This document shows, piece by piece, positions 52,380 through 64,000 of a DNA stretch of 64,000 nt (position 1 is the first letter of the stretch; each line of letters opens with the position of its first letter). This DNA is from Octopus sinensis (lineage: Eukaryota), in contig NC_043000.1 in assembly GCF_006345805.1 (NCBI RefSeq), positions 9,424,001-9,488,000 on the forward strand, in the 5' to 3' direction. Both the position numbers and the translations under genes were made by a program. Below the pieces are notes generated by a model. That model was not told where the DNA came from. It was given only the letters and a program-made list of their open reading frames with translations, and did no database searches.

Positions 52380-52392
<13 letters not shown>
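52131..52392. repeat. ~88 bp inverted repeats enclosing a hammerhead
   Basis: TAATATTAATTAGAGACAAAACCACTATTTTGCAAAACAAACAAGGAAAGACTTAATCAATACATAAA and its exact reverse complement at ~52320-52388. Confidence 0.9.
52233..52275 (-). ncRNA. Minimal type I hammerhead ribozyme motif
   Basis: CCAC-CTGAAGA-TTGTC gatcag GACAA-GAAA-CAATTG-TA-GTGG: intact core, perfect stems I and II, palindromic stem III (ACAATTGT), GUA triplet. Confidence 0.85.
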
Positions 52393-52410
<18 letters not shown>

Positions 52411-52976
52411 ATGATTTCTTTTATATATATATAATGCAAACAAAACGAGTTATTTGAAAGAAAAATATTAAAATTTAAAAGAAAATTTTTAATTCACAGT
52501 CCTACAACAAAACAATATAATGGAAACTATTAACACTTTCAGCTGTCATGATATCTCTTTAGTAACACTGTGTTTATGGTAAAGATAGTTATCTATAATG
52601 TTAACGTCATGGTAACAGTCTGAATAGCGGACTTGACTACTGAAAGTGAAACCAGTTTCCATCTAATTATTTATCAGGTCATTTTAATCTTTTGTAAGAA
52701 TACAAAGAAAAGAAAAATGTTATTTACTTTTCAAATTTTAATTTTTTTGTCTCATATATAAAAACTCAAAAACTCGTTTGTACATATATATATATAATTA
52801 TGTAGGTGTGTGTGTGTGTGTATGCACACACACACACACATATATATATATATACATAAATATATATATTCTTTTATTTTTTTACTTGTTTCAGTCCTTT
52901 CCCTGCAGTCATGCTGGAGCACCACCTTTAGTCAAACAAATCAACCCCAGTCAATCAAAAATGTTTTCCATATATA

Positions 52977-53040
<64 letters not shown>

Positions 53041-53325
53041 GGTGTGTGTGTATATATATATATATATATATGTATAAATCCATATGGACTTTTTGTTGTA
53101 TTTTTAGAAGCTTTAGTTGCTATATGTGAGGTATATAGAAACTATCAGCTTATCAAATTTCCTCACAACTTCAATATTCGCAAAGTGTGTAGTTCTTGAT
53201 GCTAATAAATTGTTATTGTTTCTTATCATATACTGTCCACATTTTGTTCTTTATAACTGCCATTTACTGCTTGAAACTTACAAACTTCCTTCACTCAGAT
53301 CCCCAGATCATATATATATATATAT

Positions 53326-53605
53326 ATCATCATCATTGTTTAACGTCCGTTCTCCATGCTAGCATGGGCTGGACGGTTCGACCGGGGATCTGGGAAGCCA
53401 GAAGGCTGCACCAGGCTCCGGTCTTATCTGGCAATGTTTCTACAGCTGGATGCCCTTCCTAACGCCAACTACTCCATTAGTGTAGTGGGTGCTTTTTACG
53501 TGCCACCTGCACTGGTGCCAGGCGAGGCTGGCGTCGGCTACGGTTGGATTGGTGCATTTTACGTGCCACTGGCATGGAAGCCAGTCGAGGCGGCACTGGC
53601 CGATG
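53326..53605 (-). mobile_element. RTE 3' UTR fragment
   Basis: Same tail family, flanked by (TA)n. Confidence 0.85.
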
Positions 53606-53966
53606 ATATATATATATATATATTGAATGGTTGTGCTATAAAACTATTCTGCACATACAAGAAAGTGGTGCTAGGAGTTACATATACCTTTTAATAACTG
53701 TTTGATTCAACTTTGTGTGACCAAAAGTTTCATGGTAATATAGAATGAACTCATACCATGAGAAATCTGAGCTGAGTCAAACTGTTGAGAATATATACAT
53801 ATGCACACATAGACACATATATAAACACACTCAGACATATATATATATATATATATAATGCATATCTGATTTGGACCATCAAAAGAAAGGCATGGTCTGT
53901 CACAAACTGTGCACAAAGAAAATTCACTGAGATTCACCTTCTTGATCACAATGTTCTTTAAATCAG

Positions 53967-54033
<67 letters not shown>

Positions 54034-54106
54034 ACTCTCTCTCTCTCTTTCTCTTTCTCTCTCTCTCTCTCTATCTATCTCTATCTATCTATCTATCTAT
54101 TTATCT

Positions 54107-54190
<84 letters not shown>

Positions 54191-54386
54191 GAAGGAGCTT
54201 CTACAGGACTAGTACTGTTTCATTCAAGAGAAATCTTCATATATGTATATATCTATCTATATATATATATATATATCTATATATATATATATAGATATAT
54301 ATATATATATATATATAGTTGGAATTTACCAAAAAACATAAGATGAAGACAGGTGTATTAGTTTAATGCCCAGGAAAGTGAGAAAG

Positions 54387-54424
54387 TCTTTAACGTTTCG
54401 AGTCTACACTCTTCAACAGAAAGA
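54387..54424 (-). ncRNA. Variant minimal hammerhead-like motif
   Basis: TCTTT-CTGTTGA-AGAG tgtaga CTC-GAAA-CG-TT-AAAGA. Non-canonical core (CUGUUGA). Confidence 0.4.
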
Positions 54425-55568
54425 AACACAAGAAATAAACAGAGAGAGAATAAAAAAGCTTTAGTGGCTAGCATTCAATCATGGTGGCTGGCTGGATGGA
54501 GGTGGTAAAACAGGAGAGCTAGGAAGTAGGGGAGATAATAGCGTAGTGGTGATCCCAAAACGAAGGTGTACGTGCATGTGTATGTGAGAGTGTGTGTGTG
54601 CATGTAGATTGGGGTTGGTGACCTTGACGTATGGATGTATGCATGTGTAGATGTGTGGATGATGGTGTGGGTGCTGGGAAGTGGTCATTGCTAGTGTGTG
54701 CAGGGTGGTGCAATGTGGTGTGGTGGTGTTTTGTGGTGTGATGGTGTGGTGTGTGTGTGTGTACACAAGGGTGGTGGCTGAAAATTCTTGGCTTTTGAGT
54801 AAAAGAAAATACAGGAGGATCAGTTGATTATGATTTTACTCAACATATTCCCCTTCACAGGTTCATACACTTATTACAGCAGTCCTTCAGTTTTTCTAAG
54901 CTCTTTAAAAGATCTCATAAAGTTGGGCCTCCAACCAGGCCTTTCACAATACCCTTTAAACTAGGAACTTTTCAGCACCCCCTTGAATATGTGTGTGTGT
55001 GTGTGTGTGTGTGTACATAGACAAACCTAGAAAGACATATATGTATGTGTGTGTGTGTATGTATAGTGTATTTGTGTGGGTTTGTGTGTATAGTGTGACT
55101 GAATAATGCTTTGCTGTAGCTGTAAAGAGAACTTACATCATAAAATTACTATAACTACTGATATTTAACACTTTAAAAGGTCAAGAGTTGATTTAAACAC
55201 ATCACTGAAAGATCATGAATCATATTTTTGTCAGAAACTATGATTTCTTGTATACTAAAGCTTTATAGCGGAGTTGAATAGATGAAGGGGCATTTTATGT
55301 CTTCTTTATTACTGAGGAAAAGACAGTAATACTGGTTATGATATAACCAACTTCTTAGCAATTCCACAAATCTCTGATTTACACACACACATACATACAG
55401 ACAGATCCTAAGTAATAAGACTAGAGATACAAATGTACCTATGTGCACAGATACCTAAAAATAAAGTCACTAGATTATCAGATACTATCATCTGAATACT
55501 TATAAACTCATGCAAAAAAGAAGTCGATGGTATTATTTTAGATTAAGTTATATTTTTTCTTAAAAAGC

Positions 55569-55625
<57 letters not shown>

Positions 55626-56002
55626 ATATAATAAAAAGGGTAAATAATCTTTTTCGTGGTTTTTTAGACAACCAACAATTATTTACCGGTAAATTTCGGT
55701 ATGTAAATATGACTTTTAGCATCTGGAACTTCTGTAGAGTTCAGTATATATAGTAGTAATTAAAAGGTCAGGCAACAGGTTGCTCTGCCGCATACTGAAA
55801 GAATCAGAAATGGCAGTCAGAGACTGTTTAATTCCATTTTCTACAAGTGGAGGCTCCATATACGACACAACCCTGCGATTCACATATGCAAAATCGGAGT
55901 AGTAAATAATCGAAAACAATCTCTTGCCGTTAATGGTGAACATATTTCTAGATCGTAGGCTAGAAATTGCCTAAATTCTTTCGTCGGCACCATATTTGAT
56001 AG

Positions 56003-56041
<39 letters not shown>

Positions 56042-56087
56042 GGTCCCGGGTTGATTCGGGGTTAACCACAGTAAATAAGGTACTCAA

Positions 56088-56140
56088 GAGCTTCCTGAAG
56101 ATTTCTCTTGAATGAAACAGTTCTAGTCCTGTAGAAGCTC
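56088..56140 (+). ncRNA. Type I hammerhead ribozyme motif (same family as 32072)
   Basis: GAGCTTC-CTGAAGA-TTTCTCTTGAAT-GAAA-CAG ttctagtc CTG-TA-GAAGCTC; 7 bp stem I. A truncated inverted copy lies at 54186-54239. Confidence 0.78.
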
Positions 56141-56149
56141 CTTCTATAT

Positions 56150-56208
<59 letters not shown>

Positions 56209-56284
56209 TATTTCATTTGTACATGAAATTATATAATATATATATATACATATATTATGTATTCAGATTATATATATATATATA

Positions 56285-56351
<67 letters not shown>

Positions 56352-56911
56352 GTATATTATTACTTATATATAGGTAATAATTTTATATTTGGGTATACAC
56401 CTTGTACACTCTTTAAAGCTTGTTCACAGTATTCGGTTATCTGATGCCAACAACAGTCTGGATGTATATTCCACTTGATTTACTTGAGGAACCCCTTACG
56501 TAGTTTTTATAAAGGCATGAGAGACAGAAAATGGAAATTACAAGACTATTCACAACTATTGTTTTGACCCATCATGCAGGTGAGATGCTGCACAAATATT
56601 TGTAGTGCATCACAGGTGCAGATGTGTCTGTCCCCTCAGGTGATTTATACATATATATGTATATGTATACATGTGTGTGTGTGTGTGTGTGTGTTTGTTA
56701 TAGTATATTATAATATAGGTGCAGGCATGGTTGTGTGGTAAGAAGTTTGCTTCCCAACCACATGGTTCTGGGTTCAGTCTCACTGCATGCCACTTTGGAC
56801 AAGCTACTATAGCTTCAGACTGACCAAAGTCTTGTGAGTGGATTTGGTAGATGAAAACCGAAAGGAGGCCATCATGTGCGTGTGTGTGTGTATATATATA
56901 TGTGTATCTCT

Positions 56912-57143
56912 AAGGTGGTGAGCTGGCAGAAACGTTAGCACACCAGGCGAAATGCTTAGCGGTATTTCGTTTGTCATTACGTTCTTAGTTCAAATTCTGC
57001 CGAGGTCGACTTTGCCTTTCATCTTTTCAGGGTCGATAAATAAAGTACCAGTTTCGCACTGGGATCGATGTAATCAACTTAATCCCTTTGTCTGTCCTTG
57101 TTTGTCCCCTCTATCTTTACTACCCTTGTGGGTAGTAAAGAAA
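56912..57143 (+). mobile_element. Full-length SINE family C
   Basis: GGTGGTGAGCTGGCAGAAACGTTAGC..GTTCAAATTC..GGTCGACTTTGCCTTTCATC..GTAAAGAAATA. Confidence 0.8.
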
Positions 57144-57615
57144 TATATATATATGTGTGTCTTTGTGTCTGTGTTCCCTGTCATTGATAAAAAACTATTG
57201 TTGGTATTTTTGTGTCCCTAAAACTAAGCAGTTTTTATGTCTCTTAACTTAGCAGGGGATAAGTCGATTACATCATCTCAAAAGGATGAAAAGCAAAGTT
57301 GACCTTTGCAGAATTTGAATTCAGAATATAAAAACAGACAAAACCTCACTAACCATTTTACCCAACATGTTAATGATTCTGCCAGTTTACCAGCTTGATC
57401 TTGTCCTAATATTATCATGCTAATTGTAGACAAAATTTACTGTCATCCAAATTGTGTTGTTTGTTTGCAATCCTTTGCGAAAGCCTGACTCTTGACCTCT
57501 CGCCCATGTCATTCCGTCACCGCATCATTTTCTATTTAGCTGGGACCGTGCACCAGCCACCCATCTTATCTGTAACCCTAAGCAGGTTATTTCATAGGAA
57601 TTCCAAGTTATTTGT

Positions 57616-58011
57616 CTCTTTACTCTTTTACTCGTTTCAGTCATTTGACTGTGGCCATTCTGGAGCATCGCCTTTAGTCGAGCGAATTGATCCCAGGACT
57701 TATTCTTTGTAAGCCTAGTACTTATTCTATCAGTCTCTTTTGCCGAATCGCTAAGTTACGGGGATGTAAGCACACCAGCATTGGTTGTCAAGCGATGTTG
57801 GGGGGACAAACACAGACACACAAACATATACACACACATACATATATATATATATATACATACATACGACAGGCTTCTGTCAGTTTCTGTGTACCAAATC
57901 CACTCACTCGAGGCTATAGTAGAAGACACTTTCCCAAGGTGACACGCAGTGGGACTGAACCCGGAACCATGTGGTTCTTAATCAAGCTACTTACCGCACA
58001 GCCACTCCTCT
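57616..58011 (-). mobile_element. SINE family A
   Basis: Reverse complement of 6681-7107. Confidence 0.85.
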
Positions 58012-58029
58012 ATTAGAGGTCTCTATATT

Positions 58030-58570
58030 CTTCTTCCTATAGTCATGCACATGAATTAAATATTTCTCTAAACCTATTCCCAACTGCAGATTTTTATAGC
58101 TTCCATGCCTTCTCACTGCATATTATCTTTTCTCTTTGTGTCTACCAGACTTTAACTCTGAAGTTACCATCCACTGATCTATATCATGTAATTATTCTGC
58201 ACCAGAAAAGCTTTTGGTATTTACATTGACCTATCTGCTCCATTTCCTGGTAAGAATAACATCCAAATTAGTTGGTAATAAGATGTTTGACTAGTTCCTT
58301 GAAGTATGTATTGCAAATTATCAGATTAGCTGCATCACAAAACTCCAAAAGACCTTACACCCTCTTCATTTCTTATAACTTGATCTATGGCTATCACAAA
58401 AGTTATGACAGTGTTGACCAACATGCATGTTGATAATGAACCAGACCCTATACTGAAGTATTTGACTATTGTTTTTGAGGAAGTCTTAAGAGGGATGTCT
58501 TTTATTCTTCTGTCAATCCTGACTGTAGGATGCACATTAAAATATGTGACTGTTGAGTTATCCATAAGAA
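58030..58570 (-). pseudogene. Highly decayed LINE RT fragment (RTE-like)
   Basis: KYFSIGSG..CML..FVIAIDQVIR resembles the RT motif F..xSGVRQGCxLSPxLFxxAIDWVMR. Confidence 0.35.
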
Positions 58571-58686
58571 ATCTTGATTTAATTATCTTATTGTATATCT
58601 ATTAGTTTATTCATTTCACAGCTAACGATATGCCTGCCTCACCATACTATCACATTTATGTGTGTGTGTATGTATATATATGTATA

Positions 58687-58727
<41 letters not shown>

Positions 58728-59115
58728 GAGCAAGACGCCCCCCCCCCCACCGTCCAATGGATGGTGCTGAGTTATCAAACATTTAAACCAAATTTTCTCA
58801 GAACAACTTGTCCGACAGTCCTATAGGCCTCCCCTTTGAGAAACACTGATTTAGCCTAAATTTGAGACACCAGCAAAAGAAGAAATAAAGATAGACTTTT
58901 TTTCTATTCCAAAGAAAAACGATTTTATTCACTTTATTGATTGCATTCTCACCTGTAATTTTTGTAATTTTTTCAAGACTTATACACGCCCTGATACCAT
59001 CAGTATCTACATATCAAATTTGAGCGCAATCGGATGGAGGATGCCCGAGATCCTAGAAGACACACACACTGACAGACAGAACGGATTTTATATAATAGAT
59101 ATACATGTATATTTA

Positions 59116-59660
59116 CAAGGGTGAGTCAAAAAGTAATGCCATTTTGTTTAGGACAGATATAATTACCAACACAGGAACATGTATCATACATCAAAATGAA
59201 GCTGGTCCTCTGTGGATCACATCCCTACTTCTCAACATAGTCGCTGTTTCTCTCAATAGCAATGTTCCACCCTCGAATGAGAGCATGTATTCCGGCCCCG
59301 TAAAATTCTGTTGACTGTCCTTTGAACCACTTCTTCACTACAGTTTTCCCTTCCTTATCACTGGAATAATGTTTGCCTCTCAAACCCTTTTTCATGGGGC
59401 TGAAGAGATGATAGTCCAGTGACGAGGAAGTGAAAAGTGTAGTAAAGAAATGGCTCAAAAGAACAGTCAACAGAATTTTACGGGGCTGAGATACTTGCTC
59501 TCATTCAAAGGTGGAACATTGCAAAAAAACTGTGACTATGTTGAGAAATAGGGATGTAATCCACAGAGGACCAGCTTCATTTTGATGTATGACACATTTT
59601 CCAGTGTTGGTAATTGTATATGTCCTAAACAAAATGGCATTACTTTTTGACTCACCCTTG
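59116..59660. mobile_element. Mariner-derived foldback made of two inverted 3' ends
   Basis: CAAGGGTGAGTCAAAAAGTAATGCCATTTTGTTTAGGAC and its reverse complement; ~250 bp arms; encodes DYHLFSPMKKGLRGKHYSSD..GIHALIRGWNIAIERNSDYVEK. Confidence 0.85.
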
Positions 59661-59662
59661 CA

Positions 59663-59720
<58 letters not shown>

Positions 59721-60352
59721 TATATGTATGTATGTGTGAAGGCCCAGTGGTTAAGGTGTTGTGCTCACGATTGCAAGATCGAGGGTTTGATTCCCAGACC
59801 GGGCATTACATCGTGCTCTTGAGCAAAGCACTTCATTTCACATTGCTTTGCGATCATTTTGCCATCTGGCATGTGGCACCCAATTGCACCTGTAGAGGTA
59901 ATGCCAATTTGATGGAGGGATTGAGCTTATGTGTACACATACATTTGATCACTATAAGCAAATCATCTGTGTGGTTGTTTGATAAGAAATTGTCGAACCC
60001 TCATATGTCATCTAACGATGGGAGATTCCATAATATATATATATACATAAAGGTAAGATCTCCATGTTCAAGGTGTAGGAAGCTATTAAGCTTTGAACAA
60101 TCCATAAAAGTTATAAAAAACAATTTTCAGGAACATTAGTGGTTTGTAGTGGTTGTAAATTTTTCCCATATCAAGGTTTGATGAGCTGAAAAAAGTTATT
60201 TTCTAGTTCAGTTAGCAGCCGAGGTTGCTGTGTATATGAATAAAAATGCAAAGTTAGGGAATGGAGTAGATCTGGATTTTATCTACTTCATTCCCTAAAT
60301 TTTGGATATGTGTGTGTGTGTATGCATGTATGTGTGTGCGTATGTGTGCATG

Positions 60353-60392
<40 letters not shown>

Positions 60393-61624
60393 CATATATG
60401 TACATGTATATATCTTTCAGCTTTTACTTGTTTCAGTAACTTGACTGCTATCATGCTGAAGGGTTTTAGTCGAACAAATCTACCCCAGGACTTTTTTGTT
60501 TTTCAAGCGTAGTACTTACTTCATCGGTCTCTTTTGCCAAACCGTCTAAGTTACAAGGACATAAACACACCAACACCAGTTGTTAAGCAGTGCAGTGGGG
60601 TAGGATAAACACACACTCACACATACAGGTTCATTGCTTCCAACATTAATGCCATATCGCCTGAGGAAATGAATACATGAACTATGATCCACCCTATGTC
60701 CATGGACGTTATGGACTGTACTGTAATTATCCTAGGAATATGGACTATGATCATAAGAAGCATGTGATTCTTGGAAATGCACATAACGATGCATCAAAAT
60801 ATTTATAAATTCTATCCATGGATTATTACTATATTTGTCCTACATTATATCGGCACAGCTTGGTACAACCCCATAAATCTGCTATTACAAGTTGGTGTCA
60901 TTAGGTTGAATCCAACATAACAAAGTGGAGTTGTGGGGTACTGCACGAGTGGAATTATATACGAAAGAAGGTTTGAAAATGCAATTTAAAAGATGTTTAT
61001 TTACTTTACCGGTTTCACTCTTTGGAAAAAGATTGTCAAAAGTAACAGGTGGAAGTTTGGTTGCGTTAATTATTGGTTGTTGCAAATTGCTACATTACAT
61101 ATATATATATACAATCTTTGGTAAAAGGGACATGTTAAGGACATAAAAAAGTTCAACAAGTTCCTTAAAATATTGGGCAAAAAAGATTACATAAATAATC
61201 GTTCTCAAGGACATACTTAAGATAGTTTCCAGAAGAATTGATATTGGTACTGTATCTGTATATTCAAACATGCACAGAATATTGGTTGACACAGAGTACT
61301 ATAATCCATATAAATATACAGTCTTTGGTGACAACAGTATGTTGAGAATATAAAAAAGTTTAACAAGCTCATTGAAATAATGGGCAGAAAAGATTAAAAC
61401 AAATATATTATACATCTCAGGGTAATTTCCAGGAGGAATTATTAAAAAAAGTTCAGTATACACATACAGAATATTATGAGTTCAAAAAGATTTACATTAT
61501 TGTAGTGGTGAAGTTGTCACTAACCTGTCCGTTTTAGGAGAAATGTGGAATTGAAAAGAATGTACCCTTTTTTTCTTTTTTTTGGCTCTCCTTCAAGCAT
61601 CAATGATTTTGGGGTTAGGATAAG

Positions 61625-63345
61625 GTGAGTATGTGTGTCTCTGTGTGTATGTGTGTGTGCATAAATATACATGTGGTGTGAATAGATGTGTCTGTGTGTC
61701 TGTAGTATTTGGTCGGATGGTGTCTGTTTGTCAACCGCGTGTGTGGTTGTCATGGTGTTGTGTGTGTGTGTGTGTACGCACGTATGTGTGTGGATGACAT
61801 TTGACATGGTGCTGCGTGTGTATATATGTGCCCGTATGGAGGTGAGATTGGTGTGAGTGTATGTGTCCCTGTGTGCGTGCACATACACGCATACATGTGT
61901 CTGTGTGTGTTTTTGATTGGTTCCAGGGTGGTGTAAATGGATGTGTGTTGTTTAAAGAATTTTTTGGGGTAGGATGGTGCGTGTATATGTGTGCCCGCCC
62001 GTGTGCGCATCTACGCGTGTGTGCGGGCCATACACACACACTACATATACATATATATACACACACACACACACATCATACACATACATACCACACACAC
62101 ACACACACACATCACAAACACACACACCACAAACACACACACACCACACACACACACACACAACACACATACACATAATATACACACACACACAACACAC
62201 ATACATACAAAACACACACACACACAATGCACACACATGATACACACACACAACACACAAATATAACATATTTATATATAATATACACACATATAACACA
62301 TATACACACATATACACACATATAACACATAATATACACACATATGATGATGATGATGATAACACACACACACAACACACACACACACATAACACACACA
62401 CACAACACACGCACACATACATACATAATATATATACAACACATATACACCTAACACATATATACATACAATACACATACACAGCATGTATATAATACAC
62501 ATACACAATATATACATATAACATACATACACAATACATACATATAATATATATATATATAGCAATGCATATACATATATACATATATATAATGTTTACA
62601 TACACATACATAAATATACCACATATACACACAATATACATACATACAATGTATATATATACATATACACATACATATAACATATATACACATAACATAC
62701 ACATACACAATGCATACATATATATACATATAATGTATATACATGTATACATGCATATACAACACACATACAATATACATATATACAATGCATATATACA
62801 CATACATATACACATAATGTACACATACATATACAACACACATACATATAATATATATATATAGACAATGCATATACATATATACAATGCATATATACAC
62901 ATACATATATATATATATATATACATATACACACATATATATAATGCACACACACAATATACATACATATAACGTACACACACATATATATATACATACC
63001 ACACACACACACACAAACAATGCATTCACATATACACATATACAATGCATACACATACATATATATACAACACACACATATATATATAACATATATACAC
63101 ATATAAATACATACACACACACACAATGCACACACACACACACATAACGCACACACACACACACAACACACACATACAAACATAACATATATATATATAA
63201 TGCATGCGTGTGTGTGCTGCGTATTTGTGTGGTCAACGTCTGCTAGTGTGCTCTATGTGTGCTGATGCGTGCATGTGTCTGCTTGCATGATACGGTGCGA
63301 GTGTGTGTGTGTGTTTGTGCGTTTGTTCTGGATGTGTGCCTGGGG
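61625..63345. repeat. Long low-complexity TG/CA/TA compound microsatellite tract
   Basis: Directly visible; lies downstream of the Penelope-like ORF on the minus strand. Confidence 0.9.
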
Positions 63346-63351
63346 GGTATG

Positions 63352-63999
63352 TTAGAGTATGTTTAGTTGTGGTCTGTATTTTTGAATAAGATTACTTTCC
63401 ATATTTATTCGTGTTTGGTCTGTGGTGTTGTCCGAGCATTGGTATAGTGGGAAGACTAAGAATTTGGGGGACTTATTGTGTGCACAAAGGTCTAATTGTC
63501 CACTTAGTAGTATCTGTCTTGTGGAGGGGTCCCTCAGTTGTTGTCGGTGAACTGTCATTCTTTCTCTGAGGGTAAGGCTCGTTTGCCCTATGTAGTCTTC
63601 GTGGCACCCTTCACACCTTATGACGTAGAGTAAATTTTTTGATGCGCACGTGAAATTATTTTTTATGATGAATGTGTGTCCCGACCGGAACTTGTACGTC
63701 GATCCCTCAATGAGGTGGATGCAAGTCCTGCAGTTGGGGCGACCACATTTTTTGATGGTGGGCGGTGGGTTTGTGTTGTGTAATTTTGCATTGGTGAGGA
63801 GGTTTTTTAGGGATTTAGGTTGTCTCTTACTTTTTATTATTTTATGAGCTGCCAGTAATTTTTTCAGGCGTGGGTCTTGATTTAGCTGTGGAATGTTGTT
63901 GTATATAATAGTGTAAGCTTCTGCATTCCTTGGGTTGTGTGTTGAGAGATAGGGGCGGCCATTTACTGTACTGTGGATGTGTTTAGGTTTTTGTAAGTC
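63352..63999 (-). CDS. Penelope-like element ORF C-terminus: Cys-rich linker plus GIY-YIG endonuclease (continues beyond the window)
   Basis: Uninterrupted frame by my translation: ..KRQPKSLKNLLTNAKL..KCGRPNCRTC..FTCASKNLLYVIRCEGCHEDYIGQTSLTLRERMTVHRQQ..RINMESNLIQKYRPQLN. LYVI/YIG, catalytic R, E and N are present. Confidence 0.9.
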   Translation of the reverse strand, partial: DLQKPKHIHSTVNGRPYLSTHNPRNAEAYTIIYNNIPQLNQDPRLKKLLAAHKIIKSKRQPKSLKNLLTNAKLHNTNPPPTIKKCGRPNCRTCIHLIEGSTYKFRSGHTFIIKNNFTCASKNLLYVIRCEGCHEDYIGQTSLTLRERMTVHRQQLRDPSTRQILLSGQLDLCAHNKSPKFLVFPLYQCSDNTTDQTRINMESNLIQKYRPQLNIL

Positions 64000-64000
64000 T

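Noticed and set aside
55716-55980. 75 aa minus-strand ORF between TA tracts
   Set aside because: No recognisable domain; most likely a fragment of an unclassified repeat.
60678-60810. Tyr/Met/Asp-rich peptide suggesting reflectin
   Set aside because: Lacks the repeated MD-X5-MD reflectin motif and is only ~43 codons with an upstream stop.
1733-63236. Numerous ORFs rich in YI, CV, HT, poly-I/N/L
   Set aside because: They are translations of (TA)n, (TG)n, (AAT)n and (CT)n microsatellites that lack stops by construction.

Overview
Repeat-dense, AT-rich eukaryotic DNA. The SINE families and (TA)n/(CA)n/(ATC)n microsatellite density look like an octopus/cephalopod genome (inference). No host protein-coding gene could be identified with confidence. 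The window holds non-LTR retroelements (three RTE-clade RT fragments plus many 5'-truncated RTE 3' ends, a CR1/L2-type RT, a near-intact R4/Dong-type RT-RLE element in TAA repeats, and the GIY-YIG end of a Penelope-like element), Tc1/mariner fossils and foldback MITEs, a piggyBac-type MITE and at least three tRNA-derived SINE families. The main signal not shown by the ORF track is a set of type I hammerhead ribozyme motifs from several sequence families, with GUA cleavage triplets and mostly palindromic stem-III loops. Several lie inside or at the ends of inverted repeats, including a ~2.65 kb palindrome with a ribozyme at each end. This suggests ribozyme-bearing, Penelope-associated non-autonomous foldback elements. 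Coordinates of degenerate repeats are approximate.
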